The notes below the pieces were generated by a model that saw nothing but the letters and a program-made list of their open reading frames with translations, did no database searches and was not told where the DNA came from. A stretch of DNA of 43,549 nt from a virus (Duplodnaviria > Caudoviricetes), in IMG/VR virus record IMGVR_UViG_3300017766_005792, positions 1 to 43,549 of that record; one strand, written 5' to 3'. Each line of letters starts with the position of its first letter. The first letter of the stretch is position 1. The translations under genes were made by a program, and so were the position numbers. Below are positions 22,766 to 31,768 of this stretch, one piece after another.

Positions 22766-24100
22766 ATGAGTCAAGCCAAGTTCATAAAGGTAACGACTGA
22801 AAGTCGTATTTACTCAGCACCGTTCGTTTCCGGCGGTGTCGCAGATAAAGCCTATCAACCTAAGGGCGGTGACATCGCAGTGAGGCCTACCGGGTCTCGA
22901 GCGTTTGCCACCGGTACTGGGAAAAAGGCTACCCTGTCGGTCAGTCAGAAGGATCTGCAGGAGATAGCGCAGCGAGTTCTGAGTACTTGGAGGTCGGCTG
23001 CGAGGTATGAGCTCAAGGGCGGCGAGGCTCTTGAAGACTACATGGCTGCCATGAGCGTCGAGGTGAAGAACAATGGTGTTGTTATCAGCCTAAGGGGTTG
23101 GGAGGCCCTTTCTAGAGACTTGGGCTGGGCTCCGGACCCGGGAGGGCTTTCAGAAGGCCTCGGGAAGTACGACGGCGCCATCCATGACATGAAGCCCATG
23201 ATTCTTAGGGGTGCTAGAAGTAAAGTCGTACCCATGACGCTGATAGGTACTAAGGAAGAGCTGACTAAGATGTATCAGTCTCATTTCGAGCAGGGGCTTA
23301 TTGGCCTGCCTACTCCTAAGAGCACCATACTTCGTAATGCTAAGGGTAAGCCCCTGACTGAACTCCCAGGCGATGTTCCGCTAGGGGCGTTCTCCAAGCT
23401 TTCAGAAAGAGGTGAAAGGATCAGAGTCCCTGGGTGGGGATCCCAAGGGCCCGGTCTCGGTCAGGCAGCCCATCGTCGCGCCGCTAAGAAGGCTGCTAAG
23501 GCCATTCTTGATGAGGCTTTTGACGATGAAGCGGTATTGAGAAGAAAAAGGTACGGCCTCGGAAATCGAGTAGGCGGTGGTCCTCATCCTGAGGACCTCA
23601 AATTTATCAACCCGAAGCTGCCTTCTTTTATCGAAGGGTCGGGTGCATCAGGCGCCTACCGGCAGCGCCAAGAGCGTGCAGGGCGCGGCTTCACCAAATC
23701 CCTTCTCGAAGGCGCCACCATCATCTCAAACCCCTCCTTTAGGAAAGGGCGCGATAGTTACAGGCAGGATGTTAAGGGATTTATCGTCTACCGCACCGTC
23801 AGCGACGGCTCCTACACGCCGACGCCGGGTAAGGGGCGAACCGCAGCGGAGCGCTTGAAGAAAAAGCGCGCACTGGCGATGCGTAAGAAGTGGTTGACTC
23901 GAGGTCGTAAAGGAATCGATTTGCTTCGCCGCATGCAGCTCCTAGTACTTGAGCTCATCCGTGGGGAGGTGTCTAGGCTCGAGGCAGATCGTGTGCGACA
24001 GCAGGGCCAGCATAAGGAAAGCCAATGGTTTGATTCGTACCAGAACGTCGAAAAAATGGAAGCCATCCTAGTGGGTAAGATTCGAGGCGTCTCTTTCTGA
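22766..24100 (+). CDS. Basic hypothetical morphogenesis protein (neck/tail completion region)
   Basis: Position; DMKPMIL...VVP and YRTVSD...W segments; K/R-rich. Confidence 0.6.
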   Translation: MSQAKFIKVTTESRIYSAPFVSGGVADKAYQPKGGDIAVRPTGSRAFATGTGKKATLSVSQKDLQEIAQRVLSTWRSAARYELKGGEALEDYMAAMSVEVKNNGVVISLRGWEALSRDLGWAPDPGGLSEGLGKYDGAIHDMKPMILRGARSKVVPMTLIGTKEELTKMYQSHFEQGLIGLPTPKSTILRNAKGKPLTELPGDVPLGAFSKLSERGERIRVPGWGSQGPGLGQAAHRRAAKKAAKAILDEAFDDEAVLRRKRYGLGNRVGGGPHPEDLKFINPKLPSFIEGSGASGAYRQRQERAGRGFTKSLLEGATIISNPSFRKGRDSYRQDVKGFIVYRTVSDGSYTPTPGKGRTAAERLKKKRALAMRKKWLTRGRKGIDLLRRMQLLVLELIRGEVSRLEADRVRQQGQHKESQWFDSYQNVEKMEAILVGKIRGVSF

Positions 24101-24108
24101 GGTGAAAA

Positions 24109-24813
24109 ATGGAGTTCGCTAATTACTTTTTCATCCGAGCCCTCGAGCAGGGATGGGAAATACTCAAGACACGCGGTGACGCGACTTGGTCCAAGCTTTT
24201 CCCACCCACCATTCCGGAAAATGAGTGGAAGCGTGCCCGCGACCTGATCATCCGCACGGATATTCAGTTTCGCCTGACCTACAGCGTCGGCATCACGAAC
24301 GAAAATACGAACGTCGTGGCGACCAGCCTCGACGGCTTGGCTCCCATGGAGGGAAATCCGCTGACCATGGACCCGGCAGCCATGAAGGAGTCGTGGTCCA
24401 TCGATGAAGGGTCGGTCAGCGTCTACATCATCTCGTATAACGAGTTCTTGATGATGACCCTCTCGAATATCGTTCGGACCATCATCGGCAGCTTCGTGGC
24501 GGACGGATGGTTCATCAAGGCTGGCTTCGATATCATCAGGCGCGTCAAGACAGAAGACTTGCGCCCCGAGACCGGTGTCATGCCTGAGAACGTTACGAAG
24601 TATATTAGGCATCAGACGTGGGCATGTTCCATGACCACCGAGTTGCCTCATATCGAGGGTCCTTTTGATTGGGGTTACAAGCCAGTGTTTGTCGCAGACA
24701 ACACAGCTGTCACCGATTCCATTTTGGACCCTACGACTGGCGTCGAATATCAGCTAGGTGGGACATTTTTCGGCGGGGTTACACCTGTACCGAACACTGA
24801 CAAGGAAGGCTAA
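24109..24813 (+). CDS. Putative tail terminator/completion protein
   Basis: Directly precedes the sheath; SD GAGGT. Function inferred from synteny. Confidence 0.55.
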   Translation: MEFANYFFIRALEQGWEILKTRGDATWSKLFPPTIPENEWKRARDLIIRTDIQFRLTYSVGITNENTNVVATSLDGLAPMEGNPLTMDPAAMKESWSIDEGSVSVYIISYNEFLMMTLSNIVRTIIGSFVADGWFIKAGFDIIRRVKTEDLRPETGVMPENVTKYIRHQTWACSMTTELPHIEGPFDWGYKPVFVADNTAVTDSILDPTTGVEYQLGGTFFGGVTPVPNTDKEG

Positions 24814-24815
24814 AC

Positions 24816-26888
24816 ATGCCCGCAGGTTTTTTCGTCGATGGCAAGCTCACGTACAAGCCGCTTGTCTCGGTCGTTACCGAGTTCGCCAGCACGCCTGGTC
24901 TCGGTCCGGCCAACAAGGTGCTCGCAGTTGTGGGTGAATTCCCGTTCCTCGAGAAGGACGTTCCCTACCTCTTCACCTCGCAGGCCGCGTTCCTCGGGAC
25001 CATTCCCGTGAACAGCACCATGCGCGAGCTGGCCAACCTGATCTACAACCCCAGCACCACGGCGCCCTTCAATGGCTCGCCCGCTGGCGTGATCCTGCTC
25101 AACGCGCAGCCCTGCACCCAGCCTCAGGGCTACCTGAAGGATCTGGCGGCCGTTGACTCGATCAAGCTGCTCTCCAACACTTGGGGCACGCAGGGCAACA
25201 GCACCGTCGTCACGGTGACCCGGGCCGCTGACGGGGCGTGGGCAGTCAAGGTTGCAAATCGCGGCGTCTCGGAGGAGTTCTCGGCTCCCTCGGGCGTTGA
25301 CATGCTTCAGCTGGATTACGACCACCCGGGTGGGACGGCAGGCATCGCCTACGGCTTCGACAGCACGGGAGGTGGCTCTGGCGCCCTCACCCTGCAGAAG
25401 GATAGCGAGCACGCGCAGATTCTTTTCTCGCGCACCCTCCCTAGCTCGCTCGCTCGCGCCAGCTCCGCTGCAGCCGTCTCGTGGATTCCGGACGCTCCGG
25501 TCACCGGCGTTATCGTGCTCACGCCCGAAGCCGGCGGAACCATGTCGACTGGCGGCGAGCTGGCCATCACCATCTCCGGCGTGAACGATGCAGGGGCGCT
25601 TGCTACCGAGACCGTCACCTTCACCAAGGCCGAGATTGAGGCTGTCTCGCCAGCCCCCAAGACCACTGACACGGCTTGGTCTGCGGTCTCTAGCCTTCAG
25701 ATGGTGAGAGGCGCGGCTACCTACAGCGGCGACCTCACGGTCGAGGCGGCGGTTGTCACGGAGCTCGGGCCGAACTCCGGTCAGGAGACTGTCGCGCAGG
25801 CCATCCAGTACCTGAACTCCATCAAGGGCTTCACGGCTACCACTGCGTCCTTCCGGTCTGCGTCCACGCCGTTCGCGCAGCTCGACATGGCTGACCCTGC
25901 GCTCGTCCCTGCCTCTCTGCATGCGACGCGCTACAGCCTGCTGTACGCTATTCAGAATCGCTCGCAGCTGGTTTCCGCTGAGGACCTGACCTCTGGCGGC
26001 GCTGGTCCGCTCAACATTGCGCTGAACTCCACGGTCAGCGTTTCGCTCCTCGGTGGTACGCAGAGCACGACCCAGCCTGCCAACTGGCAGTCGGGCTTCC
26101 TGGCTCTCGCGACCTCGCCGGTCACGGTGCTCTTCCCTTACAGCAACGACCACGAGGTCCAGGTCGCAGCCCTCGACCACGTCAAGTACATGTGGGGCCG
26201 TGGGCAGCGTGAGTGTCAGCTCGTCGTCGCTCCGACGCCGAACAGCTCGCTGACTGAGCTCAACAACAAGCGCCGCGACCTGACGGACTTCCGCGTGACT
26301 ATGCTCCCGCACTCGGTCCGCGTTCGCATGCCCGACGGCAGCACGTCCCCGTACAGCACTCTGTACAACGGCCTGATCTTCGCCGCCATGCAGTGCGGTA
26401 ACCCCGAGATTGGCCTCCCGATGGGCGGCGCTCGCCCGCGCGTGCTGGCCTTCACCGGTCACTCCTCGATCATGGGTACCGAGGGCGCTGACACGCTCAT
26501 CGAGAACTCCATGACTCCCCTCGAGGACCTCGGTGACGGCATCCGCGTCGTGCGTTGGGTGACGACCTACAGCGAGGACAACGACCCGGTTCGCACCGAG
26601 GGCTCGGCTGTCGAGGCGCTTGCGTTCTCGAACATCGCGGTTCGCCTTGCGGTCCGCCCGTTCCTGAACACCAAGGCCACGCCCGCTGTTGCCCCCGCGA
26701 TTCGGTCGGTCATCGCTTCGGAGATCAGCGACCATGTCTATCGCGGGATCCTCCGCACGTGGCAGCCCGACTCGCTGATTGTGCAGGAGACGGACAGCGC
26801 TTACATCGCGCGCTACAGCATCTCCCCGGTCCTCCCTGTCAACAACATCGCGATCACCTCCGTGGCGATTGCGTTCCCGGTCTCCTAA
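24816..26888 (+). CDS. Tail sheath protein
   Basis: 690 aa; N-terminal GKLTYKP...VLAVVGE; C-terminal GIRVVRWVTTY and ISPVLPVNNI; followed by the tube gene. Confidence 0.9.
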   Translation: MPAGFFVDGKLTYKPLVSVVTEFASTPGLGPANKVLAVVGEFPFLEKDVPYLFTSQAAFLGTIPVNSTMRELANLIYNPSTTAPFNGSPAGVILLNAQPCTQPQGYLKDLAAVDSIKLLSNTWGTQGNSTVVTVTRAADGAWAVKVANRGVSEEFSAPSGVDMLQLDYDHPGGTAGIAYGFDSTGGGSGALTLQKDSEHAQILFSRTLPSSLARASSAAAVSWIPDAPVTGVIVLTPEAGGTMSTGGELAITISGVNDAGALATETVTFTKAEIEAVSPAPKTTDTAWSAVSSLQMVRGAATYSGDLTVEAAVVTELGPNSGQETVAQAIQYLNSIKGFTATTASFRSASTPFAQLDMADPALVPASLHATRYSLLYAIQNRSQLVSAEDLTSGGAGPLNIALNSTVSVSLLGGTQSTTQPANWQSGFLALATSPVTVLFPYSNDHEVQVAALDHVKYMWGRGQRECQLVVAPTPNSSLTELNNKRRDLTDFRVTMLPHSVRVRMPDGSTSPYSTLYNGLIFAAMQCGNPEIGLPMGGARPRVLAFTGHSSIMGTEGADTLIENSMTPLEDLGDGIRVVRWVTTYSEDNDPVRTEGSAVEALAFSNIAVRLAVRPFLNTKATPAVAPAIRSVIASEISDHVYRGILRTWQPDSLIVQETDSAYIARYSISPVLPVNNIAITSVAIAFPVS

Positions 26889-26900
26889 GGAAGGTGACTC

Positions 26901-27383
26901 ATGGCCAATCCTGACCCTACTGCTCAGCGCCGCGCTTTTACTTCGACCCGGGCGCGCCTCTCCGTTAACGGAACCATCATTGGGTGGGTCAACGACTTCT
27001 CGGCGTCGGAGTCGTTCGGTAACGTCCCGATTCGAGTTTTCGGTGACGCTGCCGTGCAGCTGTTCGAGACCGTGGCGTACAACGTCAACGGCTCGTTCGG
27101 CTACATGCACCTCCTGAGCGAGCCTCTCAACGCCATTGGCGGTGGGAAGACTTGGTTCCCTCTCGACTGGTTCGGCAACCGCGAGGCCGAGAACCGCAAG
27201 ATCATCGACTACCTCCCCGGCACCATCGAGCTGCTGGACTGGTACTCGGGTCAGTCGGTTCTCAAGATCCAGGGCTTCAAGCCTGAGGGTCGCGTGTTCC
27301 GCCTCTCCGAGGGTGCCATCACGATGGTGAACGCCACGTTCGTTGCCACCACCCTGACTGAGTACGCGGTCAATCCCCGATAA
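26901..27383 (+). CDS. Tail tube protein
   Basis: 160 aa after the sheath; LSVNGTIIGWVNDFSASESFGNVPIRVFG. Confidence 0.85.
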   Translation: MANPDPTAQRRAFTSTRARLSVNGTIIGWVNDFSASESFGNVPIRVFGDAAVQLFETVAYNVNGSFGYMHLLSEPLNAIGGGKTWFPLDWFGNREAENRKIIDYLPGTIELLDWYSGQSVLKIQGFKPEGRVFRLSEGAITMVNATFVATTLTEYAVNPR

Positions 27384-27398
27384 CTCAGTACTTCATTG

Positions 27399-27437
27399 AA
27401 AGGGGCGTCTGTCGTTGACAGGCGCCCCTTTTTATTT
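27399..27437 (+). terminator. Intrinsic terminator after the tube gene
   Basis: GGGGCGTCTGTC-GTT-GACAGGCGCCCC-TTTTTATTT. Confidence 0.9.
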
Positions 27438-27442
27438 AGAGT
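27415..27442 (+). promoter_or_regulatory. Possible promoter TTGACA-N16-TAGAGT embedded in the terminator
   Basis: Perfect -35; lies upstream of SD GGAGGT of 27462. Confidence 0.45.
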
Positions 27443-27461
27443 AATTGTCCGGAGGTAGATT

Positions 27462-27947
27462 ATGGCTGACTCAGAAAAGAAAATTCTCGCTGCGGAGCGT
27501 GCTAAGAAGGCTGTTGAGCAGGAGGCCAAGGAGGCCGCCGAAAAGAAAAAGAAGAAGCTGCGCCCGGCCACCGCACCTGTCGTCATCGAGTACCCGTCGG
27601 ATGACGGTGAGCTCAAGAGCGTGACCCTCAATGTCAGGGTCCTTAATTTCGACGAGCGCAACTACGCCAAGATTCTCGCGGCGACGCTTGCGAACGGGAA
27701 GTTCAACATCCTCCCCGAGGACCACGCCCAGTATCTCATCGCCTTGGCTACCATCTTCACCATGTGGCAGAACAGCGAGATCCCGCAGGATCTTCAGGAC
27801 ATGCTGCACGAGGATGAGCTCCTGGCCCTGAAGCTCTATAACGCTATCGAGGCGCACCGTATGGCCCGATTTCTCGGAAACCGAGGATCGAGTCAAGGAG
27901 GCCAGGCGTCAGTTAGACTGGCCGATCTCCCGGAAGACGCTGACTGA
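27462..27947 (+). CDS. Tail assembly chaperone (G-like)
   Basis: Position between tube and tape measure; size and helical composition. Confidence 0.75.
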   Translation: MADSEKKILAAERAKKAVEQEAKEAAEKKKKKLRPATAPVVIEYPSDDGELKSVTLNVRVLNFDERNYAKILAATLANGKFNILPEDHAQYLIALATIFTMWQNSEIPQDLQDMLHEDELLALKLYNAIEAHRMARFLGNRGSSQGGQASVRLADLPEDAD

Positions 27948-28161
27948 AAAGCCTCCGTCAGCCTCGTCTGACCCTAATCGACCCCTGTGGCCCAAGTGTC
28001 AGCTCTTGGAGTGGTATCTTTTGTCCATGGACGACGAACGATACAAGTCGTTGTACAAGGGCGGTACTATTGAAGGCACAGATGTTCCGTCCTCGGGAGA
28101 TCCAGTTCTGGACGCTGAGATAGCAGCCTTCTACAAGGGTCAGGGAAATGTCAGGTCCTAA
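27871..28161 (+). CDS. +1-frame extension of the tail chaperone (GT-like frameshift product)
   Basis: Stop-free +1 frame from 27832 to TAA 28159-28161 with no early start: FSETEDRVKEARR...SGDPVLDAEIAAFYKGQGNVRS. Confidence 0.65.
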   Translation, partial: FSETEDRVKEARRQLDWPISRKTLTEKPPSASSDPNRPLWPKCQLLEWYLLSMDDERYKSLYKGGTIEGTDVPSSGDPVLDAEIAAFYKGQGNVRS

Positions 28162-31100
28162 GAACGAGAAGGTCGTAACAACCATTGAGACCAACGTCAC
28201 CGTCACGGGACGGGGCGCGGTCGAGGCTACTACAAAGGCTGTCCAGGGGCTGGCATCGTCCCTTGGGCAGCTTAACGACCGACTCAACGATATTGAGGAG
28301 ACCGTAAAACAGCGGTTTTCTCAAAATCGAACTGACGCCAACCAGAGCGGCCAGCGACTAAACCGTCAGAGGACGACGGTACGCCAAGACATCCCACTTC
28401 CCGATGAACTTCAGAAGGCTCTCGGGAAGCGGGGTGGTGTAGAGGCGCAGGTCGTAATTCAAGAGCGTCTTCCTATCGACGCCCGGGTGGACGCCGAGAA
28501 GCGGTCCCTCATGCGTACCTTCCGCTCCGGCCTCTCGGCCGAAGCCTTGGGTACGACCGGCCTCTACTCCCAGAAGAGCGCCGGGTATCAGCGAGAGGAA
28601 GACCTTAGGGCTCTCGCGCGCAGCTCCGATCCCTTCGAGGCTGCCACGGCCATTCCGACTCTGCAGCTCATGCAGAAGAACCGCCGACTGCTGACTCGCG
28701 TCGCGCAGGGGGTTGGTGGCGAGGTAGAGCAGCGGGCTTATTTCAAAGTCAGGGGTCTCGCCTCACGAGGAAGAATAGAGGCAGCCATTGTAGAGGCCAA
28801 GGTCGCAGCCGACCAGCAGGCCGTGGCGGACGAGGCTCTTCGCAATGAGCAGAAGAACGTCAGGCTCATGCGCGAAGAGGAGCGCAACCAAGCCACGTTT
28901 GGCTCTATCCGAGATCGGATGGCTGCCCTTCAAGCAGTCGGAGTCGCCCCGGGGGCGATGAAGTCTGTTGAAAAGGCCCTCGCTGCGGCAGAGGCCGCGC
29001 ACCCGACGCTTGCCTATCCGCAGATAGCCGCCGCCAAGCAGTCTCTCGAGCCACTCGAAGAGGCGGCTTCGATTTTCGCGAAGACCAACGAGCAGCTGCA
29101 GGATTTTGAGCGCCGCCTTGGCAGCCTCGGGAAAGCTTTGGACTCCACGGCCTCGTCGGCCATCCGCGCGCAGCTTTCTGCTGCTCAGGGTGTCATGCCG
29201 AGCACGCCTGTGCGCGGTCGAACCGTCTCGGTCGGTGGCGTTGACGTAAACAAGGCCTCCTACAGGGACCTGCTCTCTATCCCTGGCGTCAGCCCAAGTG
29301 TGGCCGCTGGCATCGTCACCTACCGCCAGAGCATCGGCGGATTTAATACCCCAGAGGAATTCCTCTCCAAGTTCGACGAGGTCGGGCAGGCGCAGGCTCG
29401 CGTAGACGCCATCAACGTGCCTAGCAGGCCCAGCTACCCGACACCGCCCAGCCGCCTACCTACAGGAAGCAACGTCATCCCGCTGATCATGGACTTGATA
29501 AAGAAGTCCCCGCTCGGATCAGCGACAGGCTTCGACAAGACTCGAGTCGAAGCTTTGGAGAAGTTCCTGTCCTCCCGGGAAGGAAGATTTCCGGTCAGGA
29601 GCATGGAGACGGTTCTGGGTATGTCACCCGACGACTTCATGGAGGCCTTCCCAAGAATTGCAGCCGACAAAGGTAAGACGCGCGGTTACGTCCAGAGCTT
29701 GGTGCCTACCGTCCAGAGACTCCTGAAAGACGAACTCGCAGGGGCTAACAATGCCTTTCAGGCCCAGGTTCAGACTTTCAACAAGGACAAGGCGGAGTAC
29801 GACAAGAAGTCTGCCGAGAAGGCGGCCGCTACCGCTCAGCTTGAGGCTGCGAAGAAGACTGCCGAGCAGCGTGAGGGTGCCCCTAGGTCAGTGCAGGACC
29901 TGGACGAGGCTGCCCAAAAGGTGCAGGGCTCAGAGGACTTGATCGCCCGAGAGGAGTCTCGCGTTCGAGAGCAGACGGCAAGGCTCTACAGTGAAACTAA
30001 GGAGATGCGCGCGTCGGCTCGACGCAGCGAGCTCGAAAAGCGTTTCAAGACGAGTCCTCAAGGAAAAGACGCCGTCGCTCGAATGCTTGCCGCTGAGGAG
30101 GGCTTTAAGTCAGCCACCGAAAGTGGTGCGACTCTTGAGGCGGAACTCCGTCAGGCTGAGATGCTCAAGGCCCAGGCTGAGCTCGAGGGGATCGAGAAGG
30201 AGATGAACAGGGGTCGCTATCAGCGACTCTCTCAGGTGCGCGCGTTGTCCCACTTCGCCGGCGGCATCTCCTCCGCCGCCTCGAATATCGTCTCTCGCGA
30301 TATTCGAGGAATAGGTCAGACCTCGATGGCTATCCCGCAGGCAGGCTTCAACCTGATGCGAGACCTCGCCGTCCCGGGGGTCGTAAATAACGGACTCTTC
30401 AGCGCATCCGGAGCCCTGTTCGGAGCTGGCCTTCTGGGTGCAGGGGCCTTCGCCGTAGGCCAAGCTGCCTACGGCAGAGGGTCTGCTGTTCTAGACCGCG
30501 CAGCCGCCGGCATCAACGAGACCATCCCGCAGTTCGAGGCCGTCTTTGCCAGGAACCCTGAGCTCCTAAGCGGTGCTTCTAATCGCGAGGCCGTGCTCGC
30601 GTACATGGAAACCGTGGGCCATGAGGACTACGCTGACGCAGCCACGGCAGCCATCATGGAATCGTCTTCCATGGAGGAAGCTCTGTCGAAGGCTAGAGAT
30701 CGCAACGCCCCCTCAGCCATCTCAAGCGGGTATGATAGTACTGCGAAACTAATCCGTGACGCCTACGCTGACGCGAGCGGGCCTCGAGGAGGGCTCGCGG
30801 AGCGCTCGCGACGCCGCATGATCGACCGTATCTTCTCGGAGTACGGTCCCGGCGGTACCGTGTTTGAAGGCAACGTCACAGATGCTGACGTGGCGACGGC
30901 CCTTTCTGCTTCCGGCGGCCGGGGTCTTGGCTCTGAATTCGTGAGGACGACCGGTCCGCAGTCTCAGCTGCCGACTGACGTTAGAAACGCAGCAGCCTTG
31001 GCGGCGTACGCTAACCGCAGAAATCTTTCCGTTGCCTCCGTCGCGCAGCTGAGCTCCTTGAATCCGCGGTTCGGTATTACCGACACGATGGGCGTTCACG

Positions 31101-31765
31101 GACTCGTCGGAATGAACGGCTTTGGATTTACGGCAGGGGCTCGAGACGATTTTACGCGCCAAATCTCAGGCGAGCTCATGCAGGCCGCCATGGGCGGCGG
31201 AACTCCTGAGATGGTTCAGCGCAACCGCTTTTTCCAAGGAGCGGTCGAGGCAGGCGGTAATAAGGAGCGTATGGCGAGCGCCTACGCGCGCTCGATAAAT
31301 GAGATGGGTGACCTACGACGCGGTATGTTCGCAGGAGCTCGAGGGTTCGGGGCCAACCTTCAGCTGGTGAAGGCCCTCTCCGTCGGCGGCTCTCTTGAGA
31401 AGGCCAACGAACTTCTTGCGAACGAGGCCCCTGGCTTCACCGCCATGGACCGGGAGCGCGAGGCCTATAAGGCAGCGCCGGACCTTTATCGCTTCGAGCA
31501 GCTTAACGCAGGTATGTCCGCTAAGGACATCCAAGCCAAGATCGCTAGCTTCACGACCGGCGGCGCCGAGACGAAGGATGAGCCTGAGACGCCCGAGTCC
31601 TTTATGCTCAAGCGGGTTGAGGCTCTCAGGAAGAAAGGTGAGGCCGAGGTCGCCAAGGGGACTAAGGAACAGGCCGACATGGCCTCGGTCGCTGCTTCCT
31701 TTGATGTAGCGACGGCCAAGTTCGCCTCGGCTGTTGATCGCTTTGCCTATGGCATCGTAAGGTGA
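28148..31765 (+). CDS. Tape measure protein with internal helix-hairpin-helix domain
   Basis: 1205 aa, Ala/Gly-rich and helical, follows the chaperones; hydrophobic stretch near aa 750-775. Confidence 0.8.
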   Translation: MSGPKNEKVVTTIETNVTVTGRGAVEATTKAVQGLASSLGQLNDRLNDIEETVKQRFSQNRTDANQSGQRLNRQRTTVRQDIPLPDELQKALGKRGGVEAQVVIQERLPIDARVDAEKRSLMRTFRSGLSAEALGTTGLYSQKSAGYQREEDLRALARSSDPFEAATAIPTLQLMQKNRRLLTRVAQGVGGEVEQRAYFKVRGLASRGRIEAAIVEAKVAADQQAVADEALRNEQKNVRLMREEERNQATFGSIRDRMAALQAVGVAPGAMKSVEKALAAAEAAHPTLAYPQIAAAKQSLEPLEEAASIFAKTNEQLQDFERRLGSLGKALDSTASSAIRAQLSAAQGVMPSTPVRGRTVSVGGVDVNKASYRDLLSIPGVSPSVAAGIVTYRQSIGGFNTPEEFLSKFDEVGQAQARVDAINVPSRPSYPTPPSRLPTGSNVIPLIMDLIKKSPLGSATGFDKTRVEALEKFLSSREGRFPVRSMETVLGMSPDDFMEAFPRIAADKGKTRGYVQSLVPTVQRLLKDELAGANNAFQAQVQTFNKDKAEYDKKSAEKAAATAQLEAAKKTAEQREGAPRSVQDLDEAAQKVQGSEDLIAREESRVREQTARLYSETKEMRASARRSELEKRFKTSPQGKDAVARMLAAEEGFKSATESGATLEAELRQAEMLKAQAELEGIEKEMNRGRYQRLSQVRALSHFAGGISSAASNIVSRDIRGIGQTSMAIPQAGFNLMRDLAVPGVVNNGLFSASGALFGAGLLGAGAFAVGQAAYGRGSAVLDRAAAGINETIPQFEAVFARNPELLSGASNREAVLAYMETVGHEDYADAATAAIMESSSMEEALSKARDRNAPSAISSGYDSTAKLIRDAYADASGPRGGLAERSRRRMIDRIFSEYGPGGTVFEGNVTDADVATALSASGGRGLGSEFVRTTGPQSQLPTDVRNAAALAAYANRRNLSVASVAQLSSLNPRFGITDTMGVHGLVGMNGFGFTAGARDDFTRQISGELMQAAMGGGTPEMVQRNRFFQGAVEAGGNKERMASAYARSINEMGDLRRGMFAGARGFGANLQLVKALSVGGSLEKANELLANEAPGFTAMDREREAYKAAPDLYRFEQLNAGMSAKDIQAKIASFTTGGAETKDEPETPESFMLKRVEALRKKGEAEVAKGTKEQADMASVAASFDVATAKFASAVDRFAYGIVR

Positions 31766-31768
31766 GAA

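Noticed and set aside
24810-27110. 766-aa antisense ORF over sheath and tube (similar ones at 16278-17420, 18520-19641 and 31313-32491)
   Set aside because: Same codon-bias artefact opposite confident structural genes.
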